Below, piece by piece: positions 38,415 to 50,434 of a stretch of 64,000 nucleotides of DNA. The translations under genes were made by a program, and so were the position numbers. This stretch comes from Octopus vulgaris (taxonomy: Eukaryota). The stretch spans positions 143,468,001-143,532,000 of the forward strand of contig OX597818.1 in the NCBI GenBank assembly GCA_951406725.2, read 5' to 3'. Below the pieces are notes generated by a model. It worked only from the letters and a program-made list of their open reading frames with translations. It searched no databases and was not told the DNA's origin. Position 1 is the stretch's first letter. Each line of letters opens with the position of its first letter.

Positions 38415-40210
38415 AAAATATAAACTCAAGACGATGAGCGAGAAACTCCGCTACCGCATGCGAATTTTTGAGCGAGCCAGTATCAATCGCAAGTTTGCTT
38501 CCAACCCAACAAGCATTATACAGAGAGATGAGGAAGGAAAACATTACGATTAAGAAAGCTCCCTCCCAAGATCTACAATCATTCTGGTCAAAAAATTTGA
38601 AACGAAAAGAGTGATTTCACCCTGAATGCATTATGGTTAAATACAACTGAGAGAGAATTCTATATCAACATTAACAATAAAATATACAAAATTGATGCAG
38701 AAACCTTAGCTAAAGCAGTAGGCAAACTGAAGAATAGGAAGGTACCTGGAAGGGACCTAATAGTTGGAAACTGGTACAAGAAACTGACATTTTATAGAAA
38801 CCAATTGATATGTATGTTCAAAAGGACTACGGAAGGTCAGACTGATATACTACATTGGCTTGCTACAGCATGGGCAAATCATGTTGCCAAGACGACCTAA
38901 AGGCTTATGCTAAAAGTATCAACAATGCCCCCAAACATCTGGAATTAATAACATCATTTTCATCTAATATAGGCATGGAATTTGGCCAAAAGAAATGTTC
39001 ATATTTGTTATAGAACGAGGAAAGTCAGTCCCCCAAACCCAAACCTGTACATCAACGGTCCTCTGTCTCCCTCACACAAAGAATGTTACAAGTACCTAGG
39101 CATAAACGAAAATGTATAATATGAAGGCATTGTGTATAAAGATGGAGTGACCCGAGAATATTACACCACCAGACTTAGGAAAATCTGGTATTCGGAACTC
39201 TTCCCTTACAACAAAACAACATCCCACAATGCATCTGTAATATCAGTGCTGATCCCAACATTTGGGATACTTGATTGGTCTGTAGAGGAAATCCACTTCA
39301 TAGCTATCAAAACCTGCAAAATCCTGACAACAACTGGGAACTTCCACAGAAACAGTGATGTTGACAGGCTCTACCTAAGAAGAAATGAAGGTGGTAGAGG
39401 CCTGAGATAAGTGCATACGGCCTTCGAATCTCGTATAGCATCACTCAGGCAGCGCTTGCTAAACAACAGCAGCAAAAATGAATATAAATGCAGCGCTGAA
39501 AAGTGGAGTGAGCAACATTGTACGAGTTGGCAGTGAGCTCCTCAAGATGCACTCTTCACCTGATGATCTCCTATACAGCTCCAAAACAGCTAGGCTGTCT
39601 TACCTCAGAGAAGGCCTGGATGAAAAGTATACAAAAAAAAAAAGGCTATGCATAGGTATGTTGCCCGCAAGCTTGAAGAAAATAATAGAATTGACACGAA
39701 GCGCAGCCTCTATTAGACACAAGACCATTACATTACATCACATCACTTCTGTCAAATGCAAACATAACAGACTGGATATTGTTGTTTGGGACAGAGGGGC
39801 AAAGATATGTACCATCATAGAGGTCAGCTTCCCTGCAGATATAAATATCTCTAGAAAAATCAAAGAAAAAGAGGATATCCATGGACAACTGCTTCGAAGC
39901 CTCCAGCTTCTATATCCAGACTAGGAATTCATATTCATACCAATAATAATTGGAGCACTAGGTTTTGTTAGTAAATGCTTAGAGGAGAATCAGGATAAAC
40001 TGGGATTTCCAGGAAGAGAAATTGAACGGCTAATTCGTTCATTACAAGTGCAATCTGTGAGTGGAACAGTGAAAATATGCAAGACTTTTCTCAAGTTCCA
40101 AATCTGAATTTGTCAGTGTTAACTACATTTCAAAGATGGAGTCTTGAATCTTTATTGGAGACGGCTCCTTCCTCTCAGGAAGATTTATAGTAATTGAATA
40201 ATAGACGAGA
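38415..40210 (+). mobile_element. Decayed R4/Dong-type LINE (RT plus restriction-like endonuclease)
   Basis: DDLKAYA, IGMEFGQKKC, YKYLG, DVDRLYLRRNEGGRGL and HNRLDIVVWD...IIEVS.P, then PIIIGALG. Ends at a (CATA)n array. Confidence 0.8.
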
Positions 40211-40492
40211 CATACATACATACATACATACATACATACATACATACATACAGACAGACAGACAGACATAATACATACATGCATACATACATACACACAT
40301 ACACACACACACACACATACATACAGACATAATACATACATGCATACATACATACATACAGACATAATACATACATGCATACATACATACACACACATAC
40401 ATACAGACATAATACATACACACATACATACATACATACACACATACATACAGACATAATACATACATGCATACATACATACATACATACAT

Positions 40493-40523
<31 letters not shown>

Positions 40524-40645
40524 TACATACAGACATAATACATACATGCATACATACATACACACACATACATACAGACATAATACATACATGCATACAT
40601 ACATACACACATACATACATACATAAATACATACATACATACATA
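40211..40645. repeat. (CATA)n-based compound satellite
   Basis: Directly visible in the sequence. Confidence 0.9.
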
Positions 40646-42619
40646 CCCTGTTGTTGATGTTGAAATTCCTATGAAGGAGCCTTGGATCTAGGTTAGAAAC
40701 CAACTCTCTCTCTCTCTCTCTCTATTGGTAAGAATTCTTTAAATAAAACTGAATAATGTCATGCATATATACATACACTTCAAAAACAAACAAACAAAAT
40801 GTGTTTGTATATTTGCCTTTATGTCCATAGTCCTAATTTAAAATGAAAAAACTTTCATATTTGCAGTATGTACGACGGATACGGAAAATAATTTCTGTTG
40901 CGAAGAAAGACTTACTTTGCTGCTAACTTCTGAGGAATCAATCAACAATCACAATTCCTCCCTATAGACACCATCACTGAATTAACATCTTTGCAAAGCA
41001 CCATCATTAGAGAAATATTTTCTGAAATCCTCATGGTGGCTAAGAAAAATACAAACTTTATCGTGTTGCAGTTGACTCCAAGCTGTTAAGCATGGATCTA
41101 AAACTTCAGCCAGTCTCTTAGTTTCAAATCATGTACTAGGTTATTCAGATATTCTTGTGATATTAAATGTGGTTCATTGGAGAAACAGGTAGCCTGTAAT
41201 GTAGGATTAGATATGTTTTTATCATATGTTCCAGCTTGGTTTGATTCCTCATCTCTTAAACTAAAATGCTTCTTCTTAAGATTTGGCCACTCTGGGGAAC
41301 TTATCTCATTGCAGGCAATAGATTATTGTTTTTAATTAAGCTCTTTGTTTTTGAAGTGGTTCCTTTTGCGTTCACAAGGTAGAAACAAAACTCTGAAACC
41401 GTTTGGCTATATCGTTTGTAGTTATGACACATGTCAAATAACAAATATGTGTGGTCGTTTAAATCCAAAATAAAGTCCATAGCTTGTTTTAAATAATGGT
41501 GTAAAGTTAGATTTCTGAGATTTTTAAAGTTGGATCCTCACATAAATAGAAGGAATTAAAATGATTCACAGTTCCACAGTGTCACAAAAAACAAAACACT
41601 GGTTTAAATCAACACACACTACTTGTTAACACTGCCATTTGCAAGGAGATTGACTCGCAGTTGCTCTACACACAGGCTCTTGACTCATATCCGAACAGGT
41701 CAAAACATGAATAGTCTGCTGTCTTGACCGAATTTATCCTGCCAGTATTATCATACTGGAAAAAGGGAGTAGATCGTTCGTCGCTGTTGCGAATAGTCCC
41801 TTTGTTGACTAAAAATCCCGCGCTCGCAATTAAGGGAGTATTTAATTAAATTAGCGACCTATGTGTCATACTTGATGAATACACGCAGTCGATAGGCCAG
41901 CTACTGTATTGCTAGTTTTGAAGAAAAAAACATCTCTTATGGACTAGCTATGTTTAAAAACAATAATTATGAGAGAGAGAGAGAGGGAGAGAGGCTGTTC
42001 GCAACATCAGTGAATCCACTGTTCTCTATATCAGAGTCGATGAATTCTCATCAGAGCATTAACTAGCTGTGAGTATGAGCTAATGAAAAGGTCAAAAAAT
42101 GCTGAAATGTGTCTGGCGCTCTCGCTGGCCGCAGCCGGGACGAATTTTCCTCTCTCTCTCTCTCTGAAATTTATTGTGTTTTTAAGTGGTAATAACCTCT
42201 CACAAATGGTGTTTGTAGGTAAGGTTGCATCTAAATGATGTAACAATACCATGTGAACATGTAAATAATAATAGCTTTCATTTCACCGCACAAATAAGTT
42301 TCAGGTTGGTCATGAATTAGAAAGTTACCACAAGTTAATACAAGTGAAGGAATAATCCTGTAGCGTTTATAAAAAGTTGATTACAAATGCTTTGTACTGA
42401 AGCTTGCCAAAACAGGAAAAGTTACACATGTTAAATTCAGTGCGGCCAACTATAACGACATATTCAGGTTGAATAAAAGTCGTAAAAATAACTATTGCAA
42501 ACGGTAGGAGAGTATGGAGAGCTGGACTGCGGGTTGTCACACACGGAAGGTTGGCGATAAAAACAAGCCTTTACATAACTCTTGAATCGAAACAGTCCAG
42601 AATAATTTAGAATGATCTG

Positions 42620-42700
42620 TCACGTGAAGTCTGGCTTCTGATTGGCCAATAATCCGACCTCTCACGCGAACAAAGTGTTGCTATGTTGTGATTTGAACTT
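42620..42700 (+). promoter_or_regulatory. Candidate promoter: E-box and back-to-back CCAAT boxes
   Basis: GTCACGTGA and TGATTGGCCAATA lie within 35 bp. Locally CpG-rich. Confidence 0.35.
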
Positions 42701-42762
42701 CCTAATCCGACGAATTGGTTTCGAGTCTTGCAGCAATCTGAAGGCAAACACTGCAGTAACTA

Positions 42763-42794
<32 letters not shown>

Positions 42795-43734
42795 CAAAGG
42801 CTTCAATGACAGAAGAAGGATTTGAAGCCATAGTAACTCAGTTCGTGTATGTTCACGGGAGTTGTGTGAAGCAGTCGAATTTTTCCAGCAAAGCAAGAAT
42901 TTGACTTTGTCACATTTTACTGTTTCTCTTGCATCTCTGTCCCTTTTGTGCATCAGGTATTTGGTTGATATTTCCAGTTCCTGGATTGCAAACGCATGTA
43001 TGTCTGTCTGTCTGTATGTATGTATGTATGTATGTATGTATGTATGTATGTATGTATGTATGTATGTATGTATATGTGTGTGTATGTATGTATGTATGTA
43101 TGTATGTATGTATGTATGTATGTATGTATGTATGTATGTATGTATTTATGTATGTATGTATGCATGCATGCATGTATGTATGTATGTATGTATGTATGTA
43201 TGTATGTATGTATGTATGTATGTATGTATGTATGTATGCATGCATGTATGTATGTGTGTGTATGTATGTATGTATGCATGTGTGTGTGTATGTGTGTATG
43301 TATGTATGTATGTATGTATGCATGCATGCATGTATGTATGTATGTATGTATGTATGTGTGTGTGTATGTATGTATGTATGTATGTATGTGTGTGTGTATG
43401 TATGTATGTAAGTGTATGTATGTATGTATGTATGTGTGTGTATGTATGTATGTATGTATGTATGTATGTATGTATGTGGGTGTGTGTGTATGTATGTATG
43501 TGTGTGTGTATGTGTGTATGTATATATGTATGTGTGTGTGTATATATGTATGTATGTATATATATACTAGCTGTTGGACCCGGCGTTGCTCGTGTTTTCC
43601 GTGTTGAAGTTAAGTCCACCTCTGACCTTGTATTGAAATCTTCTACTTACCCCGTGCCAACTATTACTCATTAAGATGTTATATCTGGATCGGCAGTGAT
43701 TAACGCTTTCGACATACTCCTACATAGTGATTGA

Positions 43735-44485
43735 CCTTGGGCACTGCTGCACATGCGTGCTAAGTTTTAAAGTTGTAGCTTACTTCCGTTGTTTACAGCA
43801 GTACTTGGAAAGAATGTGTGTCGTGTGTGATCTTCGCATCGACCATGACAGAGAATGTTGAGCAGAGAATCTGCATCAAATTTTGCCAAAAGCTTGGCGA
43901 TATCTGCTCAGAAGCCAACGCAAATGTTTCAAAAAGTTTTCACCGTTTTCGATACAATCAAGGAGATCTTATGCAACTAAAACCCGAAAGCAGCTTTGGC
44001 ACAAACTTGCCAGACGTGTGTCTTATACCCAAATCTTCAGTGATAATGGACTGAACTGAACCGTAACTAATCTGCACATCCTCTGATAAGTCACGGATGG
44101 TGATTCGTCGATTTCTCCTCACAGCTGCACGCACATCTGCGATGATTTCCCCAGTTCTGCTGGTTGCGGGTCTCTCCAGAAGGTTCATCAATATCGACAT
44201 TTTTCGGCCATCTTGAACCACTCATACACTTGTGTGTGGCTCATACACTCCTCTCCATACACTTTCTGCAACTTTGCGTATGTCTCTGAGCAGGTATCAC
44301 TATGACAACTTTCTCTGACATGGTCAATGTGACGATCACACGCTACACACCTTCCTTCCAAACACTGCTGTAAGCGGCAGAAGTGAGCTAGAATAATAAA
44401 ACTTAGCGTTCCTGCACAGCAGAATTCTACATGTTTTAACTTCGCTACTATGGCAACATTCCGGATACTTATTAATCAAACCTCA
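43735..44485. mobile_element. Rearranged mariner relic (two inverted 5' ends); second copy at about 51179-51929
   Basis: EQRICIKFCQKLG on the + strand. RPATSRT...RRITIRDLSEDVQISYGSVQSII on the - strand. TIR-like TGAGGTTTGATTAATAAGTATCCGG next to TA. Confidence 0.8.
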
Positions 44486-45180
44486 TATATATATATATAA
44501 ATATATTGCAAATTCCCTAACCCTAATATATTTCTGACGTTCAAAACAAACGTCAGTAGACCTTTGCGAAAGGGTGTATAAGTCTAAGAGGTAGAGTTTT
44601 AAAAATCCACGCTAAATATATAACTGTCTTAGCTTCTACAATTTCCACAACTTAAGAAAAGGCAATTATTTAAGCCATGAAGAAATTTCCAAACATAGAC
44701 TTGTTGCTTAGAAGTTCAATGCGAATAAAGTCAGACTACTACTTCTAAATATGTATTTTTTGTATGTGGAGGTGAATTATCGGTTGTGTGACCTTTTATG
44801 ATAATGCATGATTTAGAAACTAAATAAATATATGTCGATAGAGGTATTTAAAAATGTTATGAAACTTATTTTAAAAAAACAGTCCAATACCTCAAAAGAT
44901 AAAGATAAAATGCAAGTTGCTGCTTAGAAACGATGTAGCTAATCATGATTTCACACAAATCGACCAGATAGTTCTCGATTGGCTAAAGTGAAGTCCATGA
45001 CTGAAGCAGTCTGATAGCCGTGAATGTGAGATATTGTCCCAATTTTACTATTTTTATCTTATCAACTTGCTGGTGATTTCTCTGAATGTTTAATTTTGTT
45101 CAAGCTAAAAGTTTTACTTTCACTTTAGATTTCCGATAAAACGTATTTCTACAAGCTTTATTTCATTATATACGTTAACT

Positions 45181-46506
45181 ATGTACATCACACTATCTCC
45201 CAGTGAGATCCGCTATACTCAAGATTCTATTGCTTCATGCTTCCAGAATGGAAACGATATAGAAGATCTTATTTTAGATATTATCAATGGTCAAACCACA
45301 CCTGACAAAATTCGAACAATCAGAGTTTTCTTTAAGGATGGAAAATATTATAGTGAGGACAATAGGAGACTTTACGTGTTGAAAACAGTGCAAGAGTTAA
45401 GTGAACCATACTTGATGATTACGGTTAAATTAACTTCATATTTTGATTTTGAAGAAAATAAGTTCACTACTACGAATGATGGTTTAAGAATAAGAGTAAG
45501 AAGAAATAGGAATGATGCGAAGAAACCAAGGAATGTGAAACGCCCTCTATCTGAATCAAATTCTATAAATAAAGTACCTACTTATGAAGACTTTCCGAGC
45601 CTTACCTCTGGAGGTCCTACGAAAACTACATATGCAAGTCCCAGAACTACCCCTGTAAAAGCTGCTAAAACTAAAATAACTTATGAAGACTTTCCGAGCC
45701 TTACCTCTGGAGGTCCTACGAAAACTACATATGCAAGTCCCAGAACTACCCCTGTAAAAGCTGCTAAAACTAAAATAACTTATGAAGACTTTCCGAGCCT
45801 TACCTCTGGAGGTCCTACGAAAACTACATATGCAAGTCCCAGAACTACCCCTGTAAAAGCTGCTAAAACTAAAATAACTTATGAAGACTTTCCGAGCCTT
45901 ACCTCTGGAGGTCCTACGAAAACTACATATGCAAGTCCCAGAACTACCCCTGTAGAAGCTGCTAAAACTAAAATAACTTATGAAGACTTTCCGAGCCTTA
46001 CCTCTGGAGGTCCTACGAAAACTACATATGCAAGTCCCAGAACTACCCCTGTAAAAGCTGCTAAAACTAAAATAACTTATGAAGACTTTCCGAGCCTTAC
46101 CTCTGGAGGTCCTACGAAAACTACATATGCAAGTCCCAGAACTACCCCCGTAAAAGCTGCTAAAACTGAATGTAAAAGAAGTGCCGGAACTACAGATAAA
46201 ACACTTATTTGTCATAGCGATATATTACCTTCATCATGGAGCCTTACAACCGATGACGCTTCAAGTGCTACGAATGTTCCACCTTCAATTTGCATAACGC
46301 CGAGGCCAAGTGCTATGAATGTTCCACCTTCAATTTGCATAACGCCGAGGCCAAGTGCTACGAATGTTCCACCTTCAATTTGCATAACGCCGAGGCCAAG
46401 TGCTACGAATGTTCCACCTTCAATTTGCATAACGCCGAGGCCAAGTGCTCACATAAAGTCGAAACCAAGTCGTCTAGAGAAACTATCTTGTTGTGTAATT
46501 CTTTAA
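45181..46506 (+). CDS. Uncharacterised ParB/Srx-like domain protein with 6x33-aa and 4x15-aa repeats and a CaaX box (441 aa)
   Basis: Clean ORF downstream of a splice acceptor (TTTTACTTTCACTTTAG, 45128). Motifs PSEIRYTQDSI and YSEDNRRLY. C-terminus CCVIL*. Confidence 0.8.
   Translation: MYITLSPSEIRYTQDSIASCFQNGNDIEDLILDIINGQTTPDKIRTIRVFFKDGKYYSEDNRRLYVLKTVQELSEPYLMITVKLTSYFDFEENKFTTTNDGLRIRVRRNRNDAKKPRNVKRPLSESNSINKVPTYEDFPSLTSGGPTKTTYASPRTTPVKAAKTKITYEDFPSLTSGGPTKTTYASPRTTPVKAAKTKITYEDFPSLTSGGPTKTTYASPRTTPVKAAKTKITYEDFPSLTSGGPTKTTYASPRTTPVEAAKTKITYEDFPSLTSGGPTKTTYASPRTTPVKAAKTKITYEDFPSLTSGGPTKTTYASPRTTPVKAAKTECKRSAGTTDKTLICHSDILPSSWSLTTDDASSATNVPPSICITPRPSAMNVPPSICITPRPSATNVPPSICITPRPSATNVPPSICITPRPSAHIKSKPSRLEKLSCCVIL
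45580..46167 (+). repeat. Coding VNTR, 99-bp unit x ~6
   Basis: TYEDFPSLTSGGPTKTTYASPRTTPVKAAKTKI, almost identical at the DNA level. Confidence 0.97.
46264..46449 (+). repeat. Coding VNTR, 45-bp unit x 4
   Basis: SATNVPPSICITPRP. Confidence 0.97.
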
Positions 46507-46813
46507 ACAGTTACTCTGATGCTACTAACAAAAATCAATATCAATTTTAATTTTGTTAAATTCTGCCTGTTTTACGTTAGGCGAAAATGGAACTTACATT
46601 TAAATCTTCTACAATTTAATTTTTGTGAAATCCCTTCATATTTTTACGGATAATATCTGTAGATAAACTTAGAACTATCTGAAACAAAGGAAAAGGAGGT
46701 AAGTACAGAATCTGTTGTTACACCAAATGTTTGATAAAACTCGTTACAGTGTACAAAAGCAATTGAGGATTTTTTTTGTTTTTTGAAAAAGAAAAAAAGT
46801 GAGAGAATGATAA

Positions 46814-46845
<32 letters not shown>

Positions 46846-46887
46846 ACAAAGAGAAGCGGGGAACGAGATTATGATTTTCATTAACAA

Positions 46888-47290
46888 GGCGCAAGAGTGG
46901 CTGTGTGGTAAGTAGCTTGCTTACCAACCACATGGTTCCGGGTTCAGTCCCACTGCGTGGCATCTTGGGCAAGTGTCTTCTACTATAGCCTCGGGCCGAC
47001 CAAAGCCTTGTGAGTGGATTTGGTAGACGGAAACTGAAAGAAGCCTGTCGTATATATGTATATATATATGTGTGTGTGTGTGTGTGTTTGTGTGTCTGTG
47101 TTTGTCCCCCTAGCATTTCTTGACAACCGATGCTGGTGTGTTTACGTCGCCGTCACCTAGCGGTTCGGCAAAAGAGACCGATAGAATAAGTACTGGGCTT
47201 ATACGTCCCGGGGTCGAGTTGCTCGACTAAAGGTGGTGCTCCAGCATGGCCGCAGTCAAATGACTGAAACAAGTAAAAGAATAAAGAGTA
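46888..47290 (+). mobile_element. SINE family A (duplicate at 53842-54245); an older copy follows at about 47475-47800 (duplicate 54430-54755)
   Basis: Box A/B head, core and tail. Confidence 0.88.
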
Positions 47291-47987
47291 AGGTAATCTG
47301 GCCATTTTAAAGACTTTGCAGGTAAATTCGACCAAGAGAATTAAAAGCGAAATTAATCAGAGAACAAAGTTCACCCGTTAATGCCTGAATTTGTTTCCTT
47401 CCCTTTAAGATTTTCGTACTAGGCCGAAAGTTGAGATTATAGTGTTGCCAATATTTAAAAAAAAAATGTAAGTTATGAAGAATCTTGCTTCCCAACAACC
47501 TGACTCCGGGCTCAGTCTCACTGCGTGGTATTTTGAGCAAGGGTGTCTTCTACTATACCCTTGGACCGAACAAAGGCTTGCGAGTGGATTTGGTAAACAC
47601 ACACACACACACACACATACACACACATGTATATATTTGTGTGTTTGTGTATGCTCCCCACCCACCATCACTTGACAACCGATGTTGGTGTATCTATGTC
47701 CCCCGTAACTTAGCGGTTCGGTAAGAGAGAGCGATAGAATAAGTACTCGCACGGCTGCAGTCAAATGACAGAAAGAAGTAAACGAAAGAATAAAAGAATA
47801 TCTCTATAATTGCAATTGTTGCTGAAATATTAACAATTACTGTTGTGGTTCTCTTAGAAAAAGGACCGCGACTGCCAATGGGTCACTATGTTCTGTACGT
47901 GTACTAAAACGTCGCACAAATTGAAAATTTGTCAAACTTGAGAACATATTTTTCTCTCTATCTCTCTCTCTTACTCTCTATCTCTCT

Positions 47988-48060
<73 letters not shown>

Positions 48061-48791
48061 CATACACACACACATGTGTGGATATGTTTAAAAAATTGAC
48101 AATTATAATTATTATTTTTTAAAAATTAATTTCTAGCTTCATATTCTTTCGCCGAAAGGGCATCGTTTTATATACAACTGAAAAAAAATCTACCTGCATA
48201 TTCGAGTGTGAAACAAAAATATCTACATAATCATGATTTGGCAATCTTCTCATACAACACGAGTGTTTCCAGTGACCAATATTTGATGGAGAGACTTTCT
48301 CATTTGATGTCTGAATTTGTCTCTTTCTCATTTGGTTTGGCCTAATACAAATAAACTGGATTGTGAAATCAACGCACGGTATTTTTTCCACGTTCTATTA
48401 TATTAACCTAATTTTATTTGTTATTCAATTTCCAGCAGTTTATAACTTGCAGATATAAACAGTAGTAAGAAAAAGTTGGCTGCTGGCTAACTAAAAAAAT
48501 GGTGGTTTTGCGGGATTTAGAGGGAGAGTAGTCACTTAACCCGCTAGAAGTACATTACCGGCTAGGAGTAGGACATTGAATTATGTAGTACAAAACTTAC
48601 ATATAAGAAAGACGAGATGACTATGGCTGGATTGACTTTGGATACAAATATGTTTAGCCTAAACTGATCTGGAGATAAATAACATCAAAGTTGTTTTCTA
48701 CGTTAAGATCCGGATTCTAATAATGAATGGAAAATGGAATATACATAATACAAACTTGCATATATATATATATGTCTGTGTGTGTGTGTGT

Positions 48792-48853
<62 letters not shown>

Positions 48854-48895
48854 GTTTGTGTTCCCTCTGTGTTTAGTCCCTTATGGGTAGTAAAG

Positions 48896-48943
<48 letters not shown>

Positions 48944-49011
48944 ATAGAAATGGTAAGAGAACATAACAATGAAAGAGGCCTCGATATTATGTAAATAGAG
49001 GAATTTATCTG

Positions 49012-49044
<33 letters not shown>

Positions 49045-49559
49045 ATACAAAATATATACATGGTATACAGGCATCCATAAGTGCAAGTGCACTTGCATAC
49101 CTATATGCATACTAACATATACACTTTATGGCGGGTAATCTTACGGTATTAGTAGATGATGTCATTCACCCATGCAACGTTCCCGCATGACATAGATGAA
49201 AAGGCTAGGCTGAAAAATTAATTTAATGGCGTCGTCTGCTCATACGGAAAGATTTAAAACTTAGCTGGGAATAACTATGCCGTGAGGTAGAAAGAAGATT
49301 AGTGATGAAGTAATTGTAGGTTCGATCTTATTTCGTTACTTTCGTAACCTTATCATCGCACTTACTGAAGTACTAATGGCTGAATCACTAAACATATATT
49401 TACAAGTTTGTACGAACTGTAGCGAAGAAACACAGAATTATATAAAGAATAAACCGACTCGGATAAGCCAACTGTATAAAAAGCAATAGTTAAGTTAATG
49501 TTAAATCTAATGCAGAGAATATTTAAAACTCAACTACTTATATATATAAATATATATAA

Positions 49560-49601
<42 letters not shown>

Positions 49602-49687
49602 CACAACAATTGCAGCGTGGAAGGTGTTTGTAAGCCATTTAAGAAACACACAAAAGCCGTTCGATTCACTTCAACATTTAAGTTTAA

Positions 49688-49737
49688 TTTGTCAAAATAT
49701 TTTCGTCGCTAAAATCCGCGACCTGTTCACTGACAAA
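49688..49737 (-). ncRNA. Minimal type I hammerhead, G3-C8 variant, on the opposite arm of the palindrome
   Basis: Same fold with loop II GGATTTTA. Confidence 0.6.
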
Positions 49738-49770
49738 AATCTGTGCTGCATCTCGGATGCAGCACGGATT

Positions 49771-49821
49771 TTTGTCAGTGAACAGGTCGCGGTCTTAAAG
49801 CGACGAAAATATTTTGACAAA
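49771..49821 (+). ncRNA. Minimal type I hammerhead, G3-C8 core variant (duplicate at 56978-57028)
   Basis: TTTGTCA-GTGAACA-G-GTCGC(GGTCTTAAA)GCGAC-GAA-AATATT-T-TGACAAA. Confidence 0.6.
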
Positions 49822-50400
49822 TTAAACTTAAATGTTGAAGTGAATCGAACGGCTTTTGTGTGTTTCTTAAATGGCTTACAAACACCTTCCACGCTGCAAT
49901 TGTTTTCGTTTCAGCACACGATCTCAGATAAAATTACTTGCTATGCGAGTACATCTCCGTAATATATATATGTATGTTCACGGGAGTTGTGTGGGTCAGC
50001 AATGATTGAAGCAGTCGAATTTTTCCAGCCAAGCAAGAATTTGACTTTGTCACATTTTACTGTTTCTCTTGCATCTCTGTCCCTTTTGTGCATCAGGTAT
50101 TTGGTTGATATTTCCAGTTCCTGGATTGCAAACGCATGTATGTCTGTCTGTCTGTCTGTATGTATGTATGTATGTATGTATGTATGTATGTATGTATGTA
50201 TGTATGTGTGTGTGTATGTATGTATGTGTGTGTATGTATGTATGTGTGTGTATGTATGTATGTATGTATGTATGTATGTATGTATGTATGTATGTATGTA
50301 TGCATGCATGTATGTATGTGTGTGTATGTATGTATGTATGCATGTGTGTGTGTATGTATGTATGTATGTATGTATGTATGTATGTATGTATGTATGTATG

Positions 50401-50434
<34 letters not shown>

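Larger units (their letters stand above)
49605..49904. repeat. 300-bp near-perfect palindrome (148/149-bp arms, 3-nt loop) made of inverted Penelope-like repeats
   Basis: The arms are reverse complements around GCATC-TCG-GATGC. Confidence 0.95.
42846..49970 (+). repeat. Tandem segmental duplication, unit 1 (~7.1 kb)
   Basis: Near-identical to 49971-57178 apart from VNTR/microsatellite lengths, a ~15-bp indel at the start and scattered SNPs. Confidence 0.95.

Noticed and set aside
43566-43600. ACTAGCTGTTGGACCCGGCGTTGCTCG, Helitron/Helentron-like end
   Set aside because: Too short, and no matching opposite end was found.
45556-46215. 219-aa antisense ORF
   Set aside because: A by-product of the stop-free 99-bp repeat on the opposite strand.
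46888-46965. tRNA gene
   Set aside because: This is the box A/B head of a multi-copy SINE, with no complete cloverleaf.
49624-49962. Overlapping ORFs on both strands of the palindrome
   Set aside because: They mirror each other because of the inversion, and no domain is recognisable.
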